Shown here piece by piece: positions 28,219-37,810 of a stretch of DNA of 41,453 bases. The stretch is from the NCBI GenBank assembly GCA_040381375.1, contig JBEIHL010000001.1, positions 1-41,453 on the forward strand, written 5' to 3'. The position numbers and the translations under genes were made by a program. The DNA is from Opitutaceae bacterium. Lineage in GTDB: Bacteria > Verrucomicrobiota > Verrucomicrobiia > Opitutales > Opitutaceae. Position 1 is the first letter of the stretch, and each line of letters opens with the position of its first letter. The notes below the pieces were generated by a model, which was given only the letters and a program-made list of their open reading frames with translations, searched no databases and was not told where the DNA came from.

Positions 28219-29766
28219 CTAGTCCTGCTTGGACGGCGTGGAGGCGGATGCGCCCTCGGGCGGCTTGGCGGGGAAGGTGAGCAGAATCCCGCTGCGCACC
28301 ACGGCGGCGATGCGGCGGGAATGGCGGATGTCGTCGAGTGGGTTAGCGTCGAGCAGCACCAGGTCGGCGAGGCGGCCCGGGGCGATCTCGCCGAGCTCGG
28401 AGGACAGGTTGATGGCGCGGGCGTTGTTGCGCGTCGCCGCGAGGAGGACCGCCGCCGGTGGCACGCCGGATTCGACCATTAATTCGAGCTCCTGATGGAA
28501 GGAATACCCGGGCGGGACGTACGGGAACGGTGCATCGGTGCCGACGAGCAGCTCGACGCCGGAGCGGTGGAGCAGGCCGGTGAGTTCCTGCAGCTTCGCG
28601 AACTGCCGCCGGCGCAGCGCCTGCGTCTCCGGGCTCGCGCCTGCGTGGTGGGCGAGGGAATCCCAGTATTCGACGAGGCGGCGCGGCGTGCGCTGGAGGT
28701 CCGGGTGTTCGCGGGTTTCGGGCGTGTCGCTGAGCAGCATCCAGCTGCGGTAGACGATGAGGGTCGGATTGACCATGACCCCATTGCGGGCAAAGGCGCT
28801 GATCAGCCCCGTCGCCCGCGGGTGCGAGTAGTCGGTCTTCACCTGCTCCTCGAGGATCTTTCGTCGCAGACTTTCCACCGCCATGACCGACATGTGCATG
28901 CGCTCGTCGCGCAGGAGCCACTCGGGGACCTCGGGTGGCGTGAGAAAGTTGAAGACGGACTCGATGTGCTCGACGCTGTCGATCCCGTCCTCGATGGCGT
29001 CGAGCGGGTGATACCTCCGGAGGTGGGCACTTGCCCAGCGGCCGTGGCGGTGGGCCTCGTGAATGATCGCGGAGCCGATCCGGCGATCCATGCCGACGTA
29101 GATCTTGAACGTCTGCACGCCGAGCTCGGACATCGAGGCGACGAACGGCGGCACCTGCTCGGGGTCGGTGATCGCGAGGCTCACGCCGGCGTGGTAGGGC
29201 GGAGACTTGTCGAAGAGTGGGCTGGCCATGACCAGCCGCGGGGCGCGGTCGGGATGCGCCTCGCTGTAGGCCCGGACACGGAGCTGCACATCGATCGTGT
29301 CGCCGGTGGCGCGGAGCGTCGTGATGCCGTTTCGAAGGTAGTCCGGCAGGACTTCCTCGACCGGTACCCCGGCCTGCGGGAACAGGTGCGAGACGTGGGA
29401 GTGGCCATCGATGAAGCCCGGGAGGAGGAAGCGGCCGGTGCCGTCGATTTCGATCGCGCCCGCGGGAACCGGAATCGCGTCGCCGGGCGGGACGACGGCG
29501 ACGATACGGCCGTTTTCCGTCACGACGGCGGCGCTGGGGATGAAGGCACCGTCCTGGAACAAGGCCGCCCCGCGGATCACCAAAGGTGGCGGCGGGGTGA
29601 GGAGCGGCGGTGGAGGCGTCGCCGGGCTGGAGACGAGAGGCGACGGCGTGGCGGGGCTCGCTGCCGAGGATGTAGCCGGCGCGAAGGTCGCGACCAAGGC
29701 GATCCCGGCGGCGAAGGCGAACCCGGCAAGAGAGGCGCCGCGACGGGGCACCACGTGAGGGAGCAT
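28219..29766 (-). CDS. Amidohydrolase family protein with probable signal peptide
   Basis: IDGTGRFLLPGFIDGHSH, GITTLR, FKIY, SVEH, VGTDA and GRLADLVLLDANPLDDI. Confidence 0.88.
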   Translation of the reverse strand: MLPHVVPRRGASLAGFAFAAGIALVATFAPATSSAASPATPSPLVSSPATPPPPLLTPPPPLVIRGAALFQDGAFIPSAAVVTENGRIVAVVPPGDAIPVPAGAIEIDGTGRFLLPGFIDGHSHVSHLFPQAGVPVEEVLPDYLRNGITTLRATGDTIDVQLRVRAYSEAHPDRAPRLVMASPLFDKSPPYHAGVSLAITDPEQVPPFVASMSELGVQTFKIYVGMDRRIGSAIIHEAHRHGRWASAHLRRYHPLDAIEDGIDSVEHIESVFNFLTPPEVPEWLLRDERMHMSVMAVESLRRKILEEQVKTDYSHPRATGLISAFARNGVMVNPTLIVYRSWMLLSDTPETREHPDLQRTPRRLVEYWDSLAHHAGASPETQALRRRQFAKLQELTGLLHRSGVELLVGTDAPFPYVPPGYSFHQELELMVESGVPPAAVLLAATRNNARAINLSSELGEIAPGRLADLVLLDANPLDDIRHSRRIAAVVRSGILLTFPAKPPEGASASTPSKQD

Positions 29767-29833
29767 GTCGGGACCAAACCAGAAGCGAGGCGTCGTGTAA
29801 ACAGCGACGGGGAGCGAGCCTCCCGCGCCTGCA

Positions 29834-29984
29834 AGACAGGGGGAGGGTCAGGCTTTGTGGTTTGTCCCCTGCAGCGCGCTGGGTGGGTTCTGCGGGCTCG
29901 CCTCCGGAGAGACAGGGGGGAGGGTCAGGCTTTGTGGTTTGTCCCCTGCAGCGCGCTGGGTGGGTTCTGCGGGCTCGCCTCCGG
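29834..29984. repeat. Near-perfect tandem duplication of ~75 bp containing the dispersed repeat
   Basis: 29834-29907 and 29910-29984 differ only by one G in the G run. Confidence 0.9.
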
Positions 29985-30034
29985 CGGGCGGTCCCGTACG
30001 ATGCCGCGGTGGGCGGAAACTCGTCCTTTCAATC

Positions 30035-30808
30035 ATGAATCTCCAACTCACAGGACAGACCGTGGCGGTGATGGGTGCGGCGCGCGGGATCGGGCGCGCG
30101 ATGGTCGCGGCGTTCCACGCCGAAGGTTGCCGCGTGTGCGGCTTTGATCGCGCGGAGCCCGAGGCGCCGTGGCCGGCGGATGCGATCTTCTTCCGGGGTG
30201 ACGCGACGAAGACGGACGACGTGGCGCGTTTCGCGGAGGCCTGCGGTGAGACGGATCACCTCGTGTTCTGCATCGGCGCCGGGTCCGGCAAGGCGGGTTT
30301 TCCCTTCTGGAACCTCTCGCCGGCGGACTGGCCGCGCGTGCTCGAACTCAATTTGGTCTCGGCGGTGATCGCGGCGCACGCGTTCGCGCCGACCTTCGCT
30401 CGGCGGCGGTGCGGATCGCTGCTTTTCCTCGTATCGGTGGCGGGCCAGACCGGGTCGCCGACCGATCCCCCGTACAGCGCGGCGAAGGCGGGATTGATCA
30501 ACTTCGTGCACTGCGCCGCACGCGATTTTGCGCCGTACGGCGTGCGGGTGAACGCGCTCTCGCCAGGCATGGTGAAGACCGACCTCAACCAGTCGGTCTG
30601 GCAGGCGGTCCAGCGCACGCTGCCGACGGCGGAGCAGCGTAACTACGCCACGTGGGCGGAGGACAAGATCCGGCGCATCTCCCCCCTGGGGCGCTGGCAG
30701 ACCGCGGAAGAGTGCGCCGCGCTCGCGGCCTTCATCGCGTCGGACCACGCCCGGAGCATCACCGGTCAGACCCTGAACGTCGACGGCGGCCAAGTGATGC
30801 ACGCCTGA
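30035..30808 (+). CDS. SDR family oxidoreductase
   Basis: GAARGIG, YSAAK, GVRVNALSPG and ITGQTLNVDGG. ATG at 30035. Confidence 0.92.
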   Translation: MNLQLTGQTVAVMGAARGIGRAMVAAFHAEGCRVCGFDRAEPEAPWPADAIFFRGDATKTDDVARFAEACGETDHLVFCIGAGSGKAGFPFWNLSPADWPRVLELNLVSAVIAAHAFAPTFARRRCGSLLFLVSVAGQTGSPTDPPYSAAKAGLINFVHCAARDFAPYGVRVNALSPGMVKTDLNQSVWQAVQRTLPTAEQRNYATWAEDKIRRISPLGRWQTAEECAALAAFIASDHARSITGQTLNVDGGQVMHA

Positions 30809-31074
30809 GCCGGGTCGATCGGACGTCTCGTAACGAGCGACTGCGCCGGAGGTTGAGTGCGACGCGGCAAAGGGCAAAGCCTCACCCCTTTTGAGTAGGG
30901 CCCCTGAATAGGGGCGTCTTTGCGCTGGGCCGGGGGCAGGATTTCGAGGAGTTGGGAGAGATGCGCGGGATGGATCTCTGCGAGGGTGTGGTCGGGGGTG
31001 GGTGTCGCCCAACGGAATTCGGCGTCACGGGGCTGGCGCGAGCCGAGCGGATCGGTACCCCTAAGCGCGCTGAC

Positions 31075-31110
31075 TTGACGCGAGACTCGTTTGAGTCTTG
31101 TTTGAGACTC
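31075..31110 (+). promoter_or_regulatory. Promoter/operator of the Phd-type antitoxin gene
   Basis: TTGACG is followed by overlapping inverted repeats AGACTC-GTTT-GAGTCT-TGTTTG-AGACTC, directly before the ATG. Confidence 0.5.
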
Positions 31111-31338
31111 ATGAGGATGTTCAGGGTTTCCGAGGCGAAGCGAAACTTCGGGAAGCTCTTTGCCCGGGCGAAAAAAGGTGAGGTCGTCGTCCTCCAGAAC
31201 GGTTCCGACTTTATGCAATTGGTGCCCTTCGTCCTGCCCGAACCCGTGCCGCTCCGCCCGGTGGGATATTTCCGGCCGTCCGAGGACGAAGTCGATCGGA
31301 TCAACGCGGCGCCTGCAGACTCTGGGCCTCTGCGATGA
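31111..31338 (+). CDS. Phd/YefM-like antitoxin
   Basis: MRMFRVSEAKRNFGKLFARAKKGEVVVLQNG matches the Phd N-terminal pattern. Confidence 0.75.
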   Translation: MRMFRVSEAKRNFGKLFARAKKGEVVVLQNGSDFMQLVPFVLPEPVPLRPVGYFRPSEDEVDRINAAPADSGPLR

Positions 31339-31516
31339 AGCGCCGACATCCGCCCGGAATCCTTATCGCCATCCGCGTTGGCAAGCAGTCGGGGAGGAGA
31401 CGGGCCGGTGTGGCCGACGACGGACTGCGAAGTAGGTCCCGACCAGAAATCGGTGGCGTCGAGGCATCGACGGAAGGCTGCGATGCACAGGCGCGGGCGA
31501 AGGACGGCGGATGGCG

Positions 31517-31873
31517 ATGAAGAATCGTCACGGCGTAGAGATCCGTCCCTGGGCGGTCGTAAGGCTGCGGTTCCGTCCGACGGATCGCGACCTTCATCCC
31601 GCCGTCATTCTCTCCAACGAGGAGTACTGTGCGGACTCGCGGATTTTACGGGTGAACGTGCTGCATGGGACCAAGGTGTCGCCGGGGAGTCCCGCCCGCG
31701 CGCATCAGGTCCTGCTCAACGGCGCCGAGGGACTGGAATTCCTGACCGCAGTGGACTGCGGGTATGTGTACGCGGTCAACAAGGACGACATCGAGGCGGA
31801 GATCGGTACGGTGGGCGCGGAGCGTCGGCGTGCGCTCAAGCGGAAAATCATCGAAGTCCTGCGTCTCGTTTGA
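31517..31873 (+). CDS. PemK/MazF-like toxin
   Basis: VVRLRF...DLHPAVILSN...VDCGYVYAVNKDDIEAEIGTV...RALKRKIIEVL resembles the PemK fold. Alternative start at 31511. Confidence 0.62.
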   Translation: MKNRHGVEIRPWAVVRLRFRPTDRDLHPAVILSNEEYCADSRILRVNVLHGTKVSPGSPARAHQVLLNGAEGLEFLTAVDCGYVYAVNKDDIEAEIGTVGAERRRALKRKIIEVLRLV

Positions 31874-32241
31874 GACTCCGCTGAGCCGGGGGAGGCTCAG
31901 GGCGGTCCGGCATGACTGCGTAGCATCGCCCGCCGGATGCGGGCTTACCGACCTCGTCGTCGTTGCCGGTTCGAGTTGGTCAAGCTGCGGAGCTCGATGA
32001 CCCGCTTGGAACCCGACTCCCTGTTGCAGATCGACGGTGTCTTGGTGTCTCGGTGACGCGGATCGGGCGCGTCGCCGGAGCGCGGGTGCAGATGGGGCAA
32101 AGCTGCGGATGCGCGGCCGTCGTGCCGGCGGAGTCAGTTGCGTGTGGGCATGGGGCGGCGAACGTTACCGGAGTTCCAGACTCGAACGACCGATCCTGGA
32201 TTGCGCCGACCCCGGTCGGCGGCCGACTGCTCGGCCGGACG

Positions 32242-33420
32242 CTACGCGCTCAGGCGGCGGGTGCGGGCGACGACGGGCCAGACGGCGTCGACGCGGTTGG
32301 CGTGAGAGACGTGCACGAAGCTCTGCAACGCCACCGTCGGACAGATGTGCCACGGGATCGCGCCGAGCACCGTGCCGACCGGGAAGTCGGCGGCGTGCGG
32401 GGTCTCAAGCACGAGGTGTTCCTCGCTGTGCACGACTGGCTTAGCGTCGGGCAGGGCGGGGAAGATCGCCCGCGGGTGGGGCATTTCGCTCGCAACCGCC
32501 TTGTGGCCGAGGTCGAGGCAGAGGCGGTTCGGGCCCGGACGGCTGATCACGCGGGTGAGCAGGATCGCGGCGGGCACGAAGTCGAGGTCCGGCACCTTGC
32601 TCGCGTAGCCGGCGTCCCAGAGCACGCAGGTGCCGGGACTGCACTCCACGTCGGGACGGCGCGCGTGGATGGGGAAGGTCGGCGTGCCGCCGGCGACGAT
32701 GACCGGCACGGGCAAGCCCGCTGCGCGGAGGCGGTCGCGCAGCGCGACGACGGTGGCGAACCCCGCATCGCAGGCGGCGGTGCGCTCGGCGAGATCCGAT
32801 TGGCTCAAGTGGCCGTCGTACGCGTGCAACCCGGCAGGTCGCAGCCCGGGCGTGCGCGCGAGGCGCGCGTACAGCGCGGCGGCGGCATCGCCCGGCGCGA
32901 TGCCGGTGCGGTGCATGCCGACGTCGAGGTCGACGAAGACCGGGAGTTCGAGGCCCGCGCCCTGAAAGGCCGCGCCGAGTGCGTCGAGCGCCGCGGGGTC
33001 GTCGACCAGTGCGGAAAACTGCACCGTCGGAAACGTACGAACCAGTTCGACGAGCCGCGGGACGGTCGGCCCAATCGCGGGGAAGGCGAGGAGCACATCG
33101 CGGGCGCCGGCGGTTGCTGCCATCTCCGCCTCGGCGATGGTCGCGGTCTTGGCCTTGGTGACGCCGAGCTCCGCGAGTCGGGCGATGATTTGCGGCAGCT
33201 TGTGCGTCTTGAGGTGGGGGCGCAGCCGCGCGGGCGAGCCCACCCGCTCGATCATGCGGCGGAGGTTTTCCTCGACAGCCTCCCAACGCAAGATGAGGGC
33301 GGGCGAGGGGATCTCGTCCGCGTTCACCGGCAGAAACGACAACTCCCGCCAAGAAACCGTGGGTGATGTTGCGGAGGCAGCGGTGCTCACGGAAGGGTGG
33401 GAGGGAGTCGGGAGAACCAC
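32242..33420 (-). CDS. D-threonine aldolase/DSD1-family PLP-dependent enzyme
   Basis: LRPHLKTHK, ATIAEAE, DLDVGMHRTG, GLHAYDGH, GGTPT, SEEHL and PWHICPTV. The start is uncertain. Confidence 0.88.
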   Translation of the reverse strand: MVLPTPSHPSVSTAASATSPTVSWRELSFLPVNADEIPSPALILRWEAVEENLRRMIERVGSPARLRPHLKTHKLPQIIARLAELGVTKAKTATIAEAEMAATAGARDVLLAFPAIGPTVPRLVELVRTFPTVQFSALVDDPAALDALGAAFQGAGLELPVFVDLDVGMHRTGIAPGDAAAALYARLARTPGLRPAGLHAYDGHLSQSDLAERTAACDAGFATVVALRDRLRAAGLPVPVIVAGGTPTFPIHARRPDVECSPGTCVLWDAGYASKVPDLDFVPAAILLTRVISRPGPNRLCLDLGHKAVASEMPHPRAIFPALPDAKPVVHSEEHLVLETPHAADFPVGTVLGAIPWHICPTVALQSFVHVSHANRVDAVWPVVARTRRLSA

Positions 33421-33522
33421 CGCGACGCAGGTGGCGCGCGGTGGAGGCTTAGCGCCAGAGGGTCAGGCTTTGCAGTTTGTCCTCGCCGCCGGGGCGGGGG
33501 CGACTGCGGGGCTCTGGGCGGG

Positions 33523-33677
33523 GAGGGTCAGGCTTTGTTGTTTGTTCTCACCGCCGGGGCGGCGGCGACTGCAAGGCTTGGGGCGGTGAGGACGGGGCGC
33601 CGGTGCGTGTGGGTCGGCGTGCCGGTGGTCGGCTGGGTGAAACGTACCGGCAGAACAAAGGACAAAGCCTGACCCTC
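33523..33677. repeat. 155-bp non-coding element with 26-bp terminal inverted repeats (MITE/REPIN-like)
   Basis: Left end GAGGGTCAGGCTTTGTTGTTTGTTCT matches the reverse-complemented right end GAGGGTCAGGCTTTGTCCTTTGTTCT at 24 of 26 positions. Confidence 0.7.
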
Positions 33678-33684
33678 TCCCGGC

Positions 33685-34206
33685 TTAGCTGGCGGCTGGG
33701 ACGATGGACACCTTGGTGACCTCGATGCGGTCGACCGGGGTGCTGCGCTCGCCGCCGCCGCCGGCGCGGGTCGGGACGGACGCGATGCGCTCGAGGACGT
33801 CGTCACCGCCGACCAGCTGGCCGAATGCGGTGTACTGGCGGTCGAGGAACGAGGCGTTGCCGTGGCAGATGAAGAACTGGCAGCCGGCTGAATCCGGATC
33901 GGCGGCGCGCGCCATAGAGATGACGCCGCGCTGGTGGGACTTGGCGTTGAATTCCGCCTTGAGCTTGTAGCCCGGGTCGCCGGTGCCGGGCATCCCGCGG
34001 GCGCCGGCGCGCGTGTTCGGGCAGCCGCCTTGGATCATGAAACCCTTGATGATCCGGTGAAACGCGGTGCCATCGTAGAAACCCTCTCGGGCGAGCTTCT
34101 TGAAGTTCTCGACCGTTTTCGGGGCGACCTCGGACCAGAAGGCGATCGTGAGGTCACCGTAGGAGGTGCTGATGACGGCGTTTTCTTGCGCAGGTGCAGT
34201 ACTCAT
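33685..34206 (-). CDS. Cyclophilin-type peptidyl-prolyl cis-trans isomerase
   Basis: APKTVENF, FYDGTAFHRIIKGFMIQGG, SMAR, SAGCQFFI and FLDRQYTAFG. Confidence 0.95.
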   Translation of the reverse strand: MSTAPAQENAVISTSYGDLTIAFWSEVAPKTVENFKKLAREGFYDGTAFHRIIKGFMIQGGCPNTRAGARGMPGTGDPGYKLKAEFNAKSHQRGVISMARAADPDSAGCQFFICHGNASFLDRQYTAFGQLVGGDDVLERIASVPTRAGGGGERSTPVDRIEVTKVSIVPAAS

Positions 34207-34355
34207 GGAAGCGAAAGCCAACCCCGCCTTGCCCCCGGGATCAAGCCGTCAATGCGCCCCCGGTTTCGCCGGCCCGGCGAGCGGCGCACCTCGTCCCAGA
34301 GGCCGAGGCGCAACGAGTTGAGCGGAAACACGGTGCAGCGACGGCGCTGGCCGAC

Positions 34356-35564
34356 CTAGCCCGCGGCGCTGCTGCGCGAGCCGAGCGTGCCGCCGCGGAT
34401 GAATTCCGGCACGACTGCGACCGGAGCCGGGCGGGCGCCGGAGTGCACGAGTCGGATCAATTGCCGGGCGAGTCGACGAACGAAGAGCGCCGGGTCGCAC
34501 GTGTAGCGGGCGAGTGCCGGGGTCAGCCGCGCGAGATACGGGTCGTCGAAGAGGCAGATCAGCGACATCGTCTCTGGGACGCGCACCCCGCGCGCGTGCA
34601 GATGTCCGAGGGTGCTCAGAGCGTCTCCGGGTAGCATCACGATCAAGGCCGTGGGCCGTGCCTGCGAGGCCAGCAAGCCCGCGAGCGCGGCGCCCACTCC
34701 TGGGGTCGAACTCTCGTGTTCACGGACCGTGACAGCCATGCCGCGCTCGCTCAGCCATCCGGCTGAGTTGGCGAGACTCGCGGCCACCACCCGCGTCCCG
34801 GCAAAGGGCGTCCGCGGCAAGAGCAGGGCGAGCTGCCGATGCCCGTGGCGGTGCAGCGTGCCGAGGGCATGATGCAGCGCCGCGCCGAGATCGATGCGGA
34901 ACGCGGGCAGGGCCACGCCGGGATGAGCGGAGCCGAGAACCAGTGCAGGTTGTCCGCCCCGCTCGAAGTGGCGCTGCACCGCTTCGGAGCACGAAGCGAG
35001 GACCCAGGCGGCGGCGCCGGTATGCGTGAGCAGCCGCCGCAGCGCCGCGCCGCCGCTGCGCGGCGAGCGCTGGGTGAGTACGTGCGTCTGTAGTTCCATC
35101 CCCGCCCGCTGCAGCTGGGCACGCAATTCGTCGCGGATGAGAATCGATGACCATGACTGCTCGGCCGATGGCAGCGACGAGATCATCGCCACGACTTCGG
35201 TCCCGGCGATTCCGGGACGCTGGATCGGACGGGGTCGTGGGTGGGCGAGGCTGGCAGGAGCACTGGGCGAGCGAACGCGGGAAGGGCTGGAGCGGTCGGG
35301 GAGACCGCGCGAGGCGGACCTTGAGCGCGGGGTGTCATCGCGCGCCGGCAACGGCCGCCAACGACTGCCGCGTCGCACCGCCAGCCGCCCTTCCCGTTGG
35401 AGGAGTTGGAGAGCCTGCCGCAGGGTTGAACGACTCACCTGCAGCAGGGTCGCGAGCTGATGCTCGCCGGGCAATTGCGTGGGCCAGCGTGATCCGTCCA
35501 GCTCGGTCCGGAGCGTCGCAGCCACCTGGTCGACGAGGCTGAGACGGCGGAGCGCAAGCGGCAT
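34356..35564 (-). CDS. GntR-type wHTH regulator fused to LacI-type ligand-binding domain
   Basis: LPGEHQLATLLQVSRSTLRQAL at the N-terminus and GHRQLAL...PTALI...GVRVPETMSLI at the C-terminus. Start is 35564 or 35588. Confidence 0.82.
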   Translation of the reverse strand: MPLALRRLSLVDQVAATLRTELDGSRWPTQLPGEHQLATLLQVSRSTLRQALQLLQREGRLAVRRGSRWRPLPARDDTPRSRSASRGLPDRSSPSRVRSPSAPASLAHPRPRPIQRPGIAGTEVVAMISSLPSAEQSWSSILIRDELRAQLQRAGMELQTHVLTQRSPRSGGAALRRLLTHTGAAAWVLASCSEAVQRHFERGGQPALVLGSAHPGVALPAFRIDLGAALHHALGTLHRHGHRQLALLLPRTPFAGTRVVAASLANSAGWLSERGMAVTVREHESSTPGVGAALAGLLASQARPTALIVMLPGDALSTLGHLHARGVRVPETMSLICLFDDPYLARLTPALARYTCDPALFVRRLARQLIRLVHSGARPAPVAVVPEFIRGGTLGSRSSAAG

Positions 35565-35840
35565 GGCAGGGTTCTCGCGGGGAGTCATCAAGCGGTCAAT
35601 CCCGCGTGGAAGAAGCTGTCTGTGAAAAAGACAACTCTGGGCGGCTTGCCGGGACCGGTGCGCGTACCCTCGATGGGATCCACGCCCCCGTGGCCAGCCG
35701 CTCCCGTTTCGGCTGTGTGCGGTGGCGTCTGGACGCGTCGGTGTTTCTAGAGTCCGCCTTTTCTTGATCGTCCCCTCGCCACTCTCCCCGGTTCCGAAGT
35801 CTACATTGCTCATCACCCGTCCGAGTCCTTCCCCGCCATC

Positions 35841-36728
35841 ATGAACGCTGCCCCCACTGCCGCCACGCCCGCCCCCACTGCCGCCGGTTCACGCCGGCTC
35901 GATACCACGGACTGGGCCTCGCTGACCCTCGGCCAGCGCATCCGCCACCTCGAACTCGAAGGCTACGTCGTCCTCCCGGACCTGCTCTCGCCCGAGCAGG
36001 TGGCAAACTTCAAGCGCCAGCTCGCCCCGGTGGAGACGATCCCGGCGGACTACAGCGACAAGCAGCGCGGGCGCCGGGGCATCCAGTGGGAGGGCCCGGA
36101 CTTCATCAACCTTGTCGGTCATGCGCCGACGATCGCGTTCGTGGAGGCCTTGCTGGGCCCGGACATCCTTTTCCTCGGCGGCGTGTACGCCCTGTCGCTC
36201 CCTGGGCATCCGGGCATCAGCTTGCACACGGACGGCCAGCCCTACGGCTCGCAGATCTTCGGCTGGGCGGGCTCATGTCCCGTGCAGGTGCGGGTGCTGT
36301 ACTACCTCGACGACCTGACCGCGGACGTGTCGCCCTTCCTCGTCGTGCCGCGGTCGCACCTCTCGATGCATGCGGATGCGAATCCCTACACGCGTTACAC
36401 CGGTCACCCCGAGGAGGTGGCGGTGCCGGCGAAGGCGGGCTCGGCGGTGCTGCTGAACCACAAGGTGTTTCATGGCAATTGCCCGAATGTCGGCACCCGT
36501 GAGCGCGGGATGCTGGCGTACCTTTATCGACCGGCCTGGGCGGGTCCGGCGGAGGAGAAGATTCCGACGTGGCCGGCCGATAAGCTGGCTCAGGTGCCGC
36601 CGCACCTCGCGCGGTTCTTCGAGAACCCGAACCTGCGCCGCGGCTTCGACTTCAATCACCCGAACAAGCCGAAGAATATGCGCGGCGATGCACCCGGCAT
36701 CGCGCCGAGTCGCTGGGATCGGGTCTAG
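35841..36728 (+). CDS. Phytanoyl-CoA dioxygenase (PhyH) family Fe(II)/2-oxoglutarate dioxygenase
   Basis: EGYVVLPDLLS, LHTD (HxD), VVPRSH and KAGSAVL...FHG. Confidence 0.85.
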   Translation: MNAAPTAATPAPTAAGSRRLDTTDWASLTLGQRIRHLELEGYVVLPDLLSPEQVANFKRQLAPVETIPADYSDKQRGRRGIQWEGPDFINLVGHAPTIAFVEALLGPDILFLGGVYALSLPGHPGISLHTDGQPYGSQIFGWAGSCPVQVRVLYYLDDLTADVSPFLVVPRSHLSMHADANPYTRYTGHPEEVAVPAKAGSAVLLNHKVFHGNCPNVGTRERGMLAYLYRPAWAGPAEEKIPTWPADKLAQVPPHLARFFENPNLRRGFDFNHPNKPKNMRGDAPGIAPSRWDRV

Positions 36729-36806
36729 CCCGTAGCCCGCGCTGGACTTCGCGGTGCGAGACTGCCGAAATACAGGTCGGCCCAGCCGGACGGCGCGGCC
36801 TCACTC

Positions 36807-37574
36807 ATGAGCGATACCTCTCCCTCTGCTTCACGCCGTTTTTCCGGTCAGACCGCCGTGGTCACCGGCGGCACCTCCGGCCTCGGCCTCGCGATCGCAC
36901 GACGCCTCCATCAGGAGGGGGCGTTCGTCGCGGTGCTGGATTTCAATCCGAAGGGATTTCCCGAGACCGAGCGTTGGCTCGGGGCGCAGGGACTCTGCCT
37001 CCAAGTCGACGTCACGGATGACGTGGCGGTGGCGACGGCGGTGGCGACCGTCGTGGCACGGCGCGGCCGCATCGACGTCCTCGTGAACAGCGCGGGCGTG
37101 ACCGGCAAGACGGCGCTCAAGGCGCATGACGTCGATCCGGCGGATTTTGATTTCGTGGTGCGCACGAACCTCCGCGGCCCCTTCATCCTCTCGCGGCACG
37201 TGATTCCCGCGATGCTCGCGCGCAACTATGGTCGCGTGCTGCACATCGCCTCGATTGCGGGCAAGGAAGGCAATGCCGGCATGGTGGCCTATTCAGCGTC
37301 GAAGGCGGCGGTGATCGGCATGACCAAGACGCAGGGCAAGGATTACGCGGAGACGGGCGTGACCGTGAACGCGCTCGCCCCTGCGGTGGTCCGCACCCCG
37401 TTGGTGGACGCGATGCCCGAAGCGCAGGTGAAGTACATGACCGACCGCATTCCGATGAAACGCTGTGGCACCCTGGAGGAAGTCGCGGCGATGGCGGCGT
37501 TTATTGTGTCGCCTGAGAACAGCTTCACGACCGGATTCACCTTCGACCTGACGGGCGGTCGGGCGGTGTATTGA
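36807..37574 (+). CDS. SDR family oxidoreductase
   Basis: TGGTSGLG, LVNSAG, YSASK and TGFTFDLTGG. Confidence 0.93.
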   Translation: MSDTSPSASRRFSGQTAVVTGGTSGLGLAIARRLHQEGAFVAVLDFNPKGFPETERWLGAQGLCLQVDVTDDVAVATAVATVVARRGRIDVLVNSAGVTGKTALKAHDVDPADFDFVVRTNLRGPFILSRHVIPAMLARNYGRVLHIASIAGKEGNAGMVAYSASKAAVIGMTKTQGKDYAETGVTVNALAPAVVRTPLVDAMPEAQVKYMTDRIPMKRCGTLEEVAAMAAFIVSPENSFTTGFTFDLTGGRAVY

Positions 37575-37810
37575 GGGGGTGTGCGGCGGCCCAGGGACGC
37601 CCCCGGGTCCGGCTGCGGAGCGCGTGTCGCGTCGCGGGCCGGCTAGGGTGAGCGCCGGAGGCTGCGGTCACGTGCCGGAGCGCCGGAGCGCCGGGAACCG
37701 GCGCCGGCGGGCTCTCCGGCGATCGGCAAGCCCGGTGCTGAACCCAATTTGGGCTTCCGCGAGGCGGCTCTGCGATTGCCCGCGCCGCGGGGTCCGCGCA
37801 GGGGTTGCGC

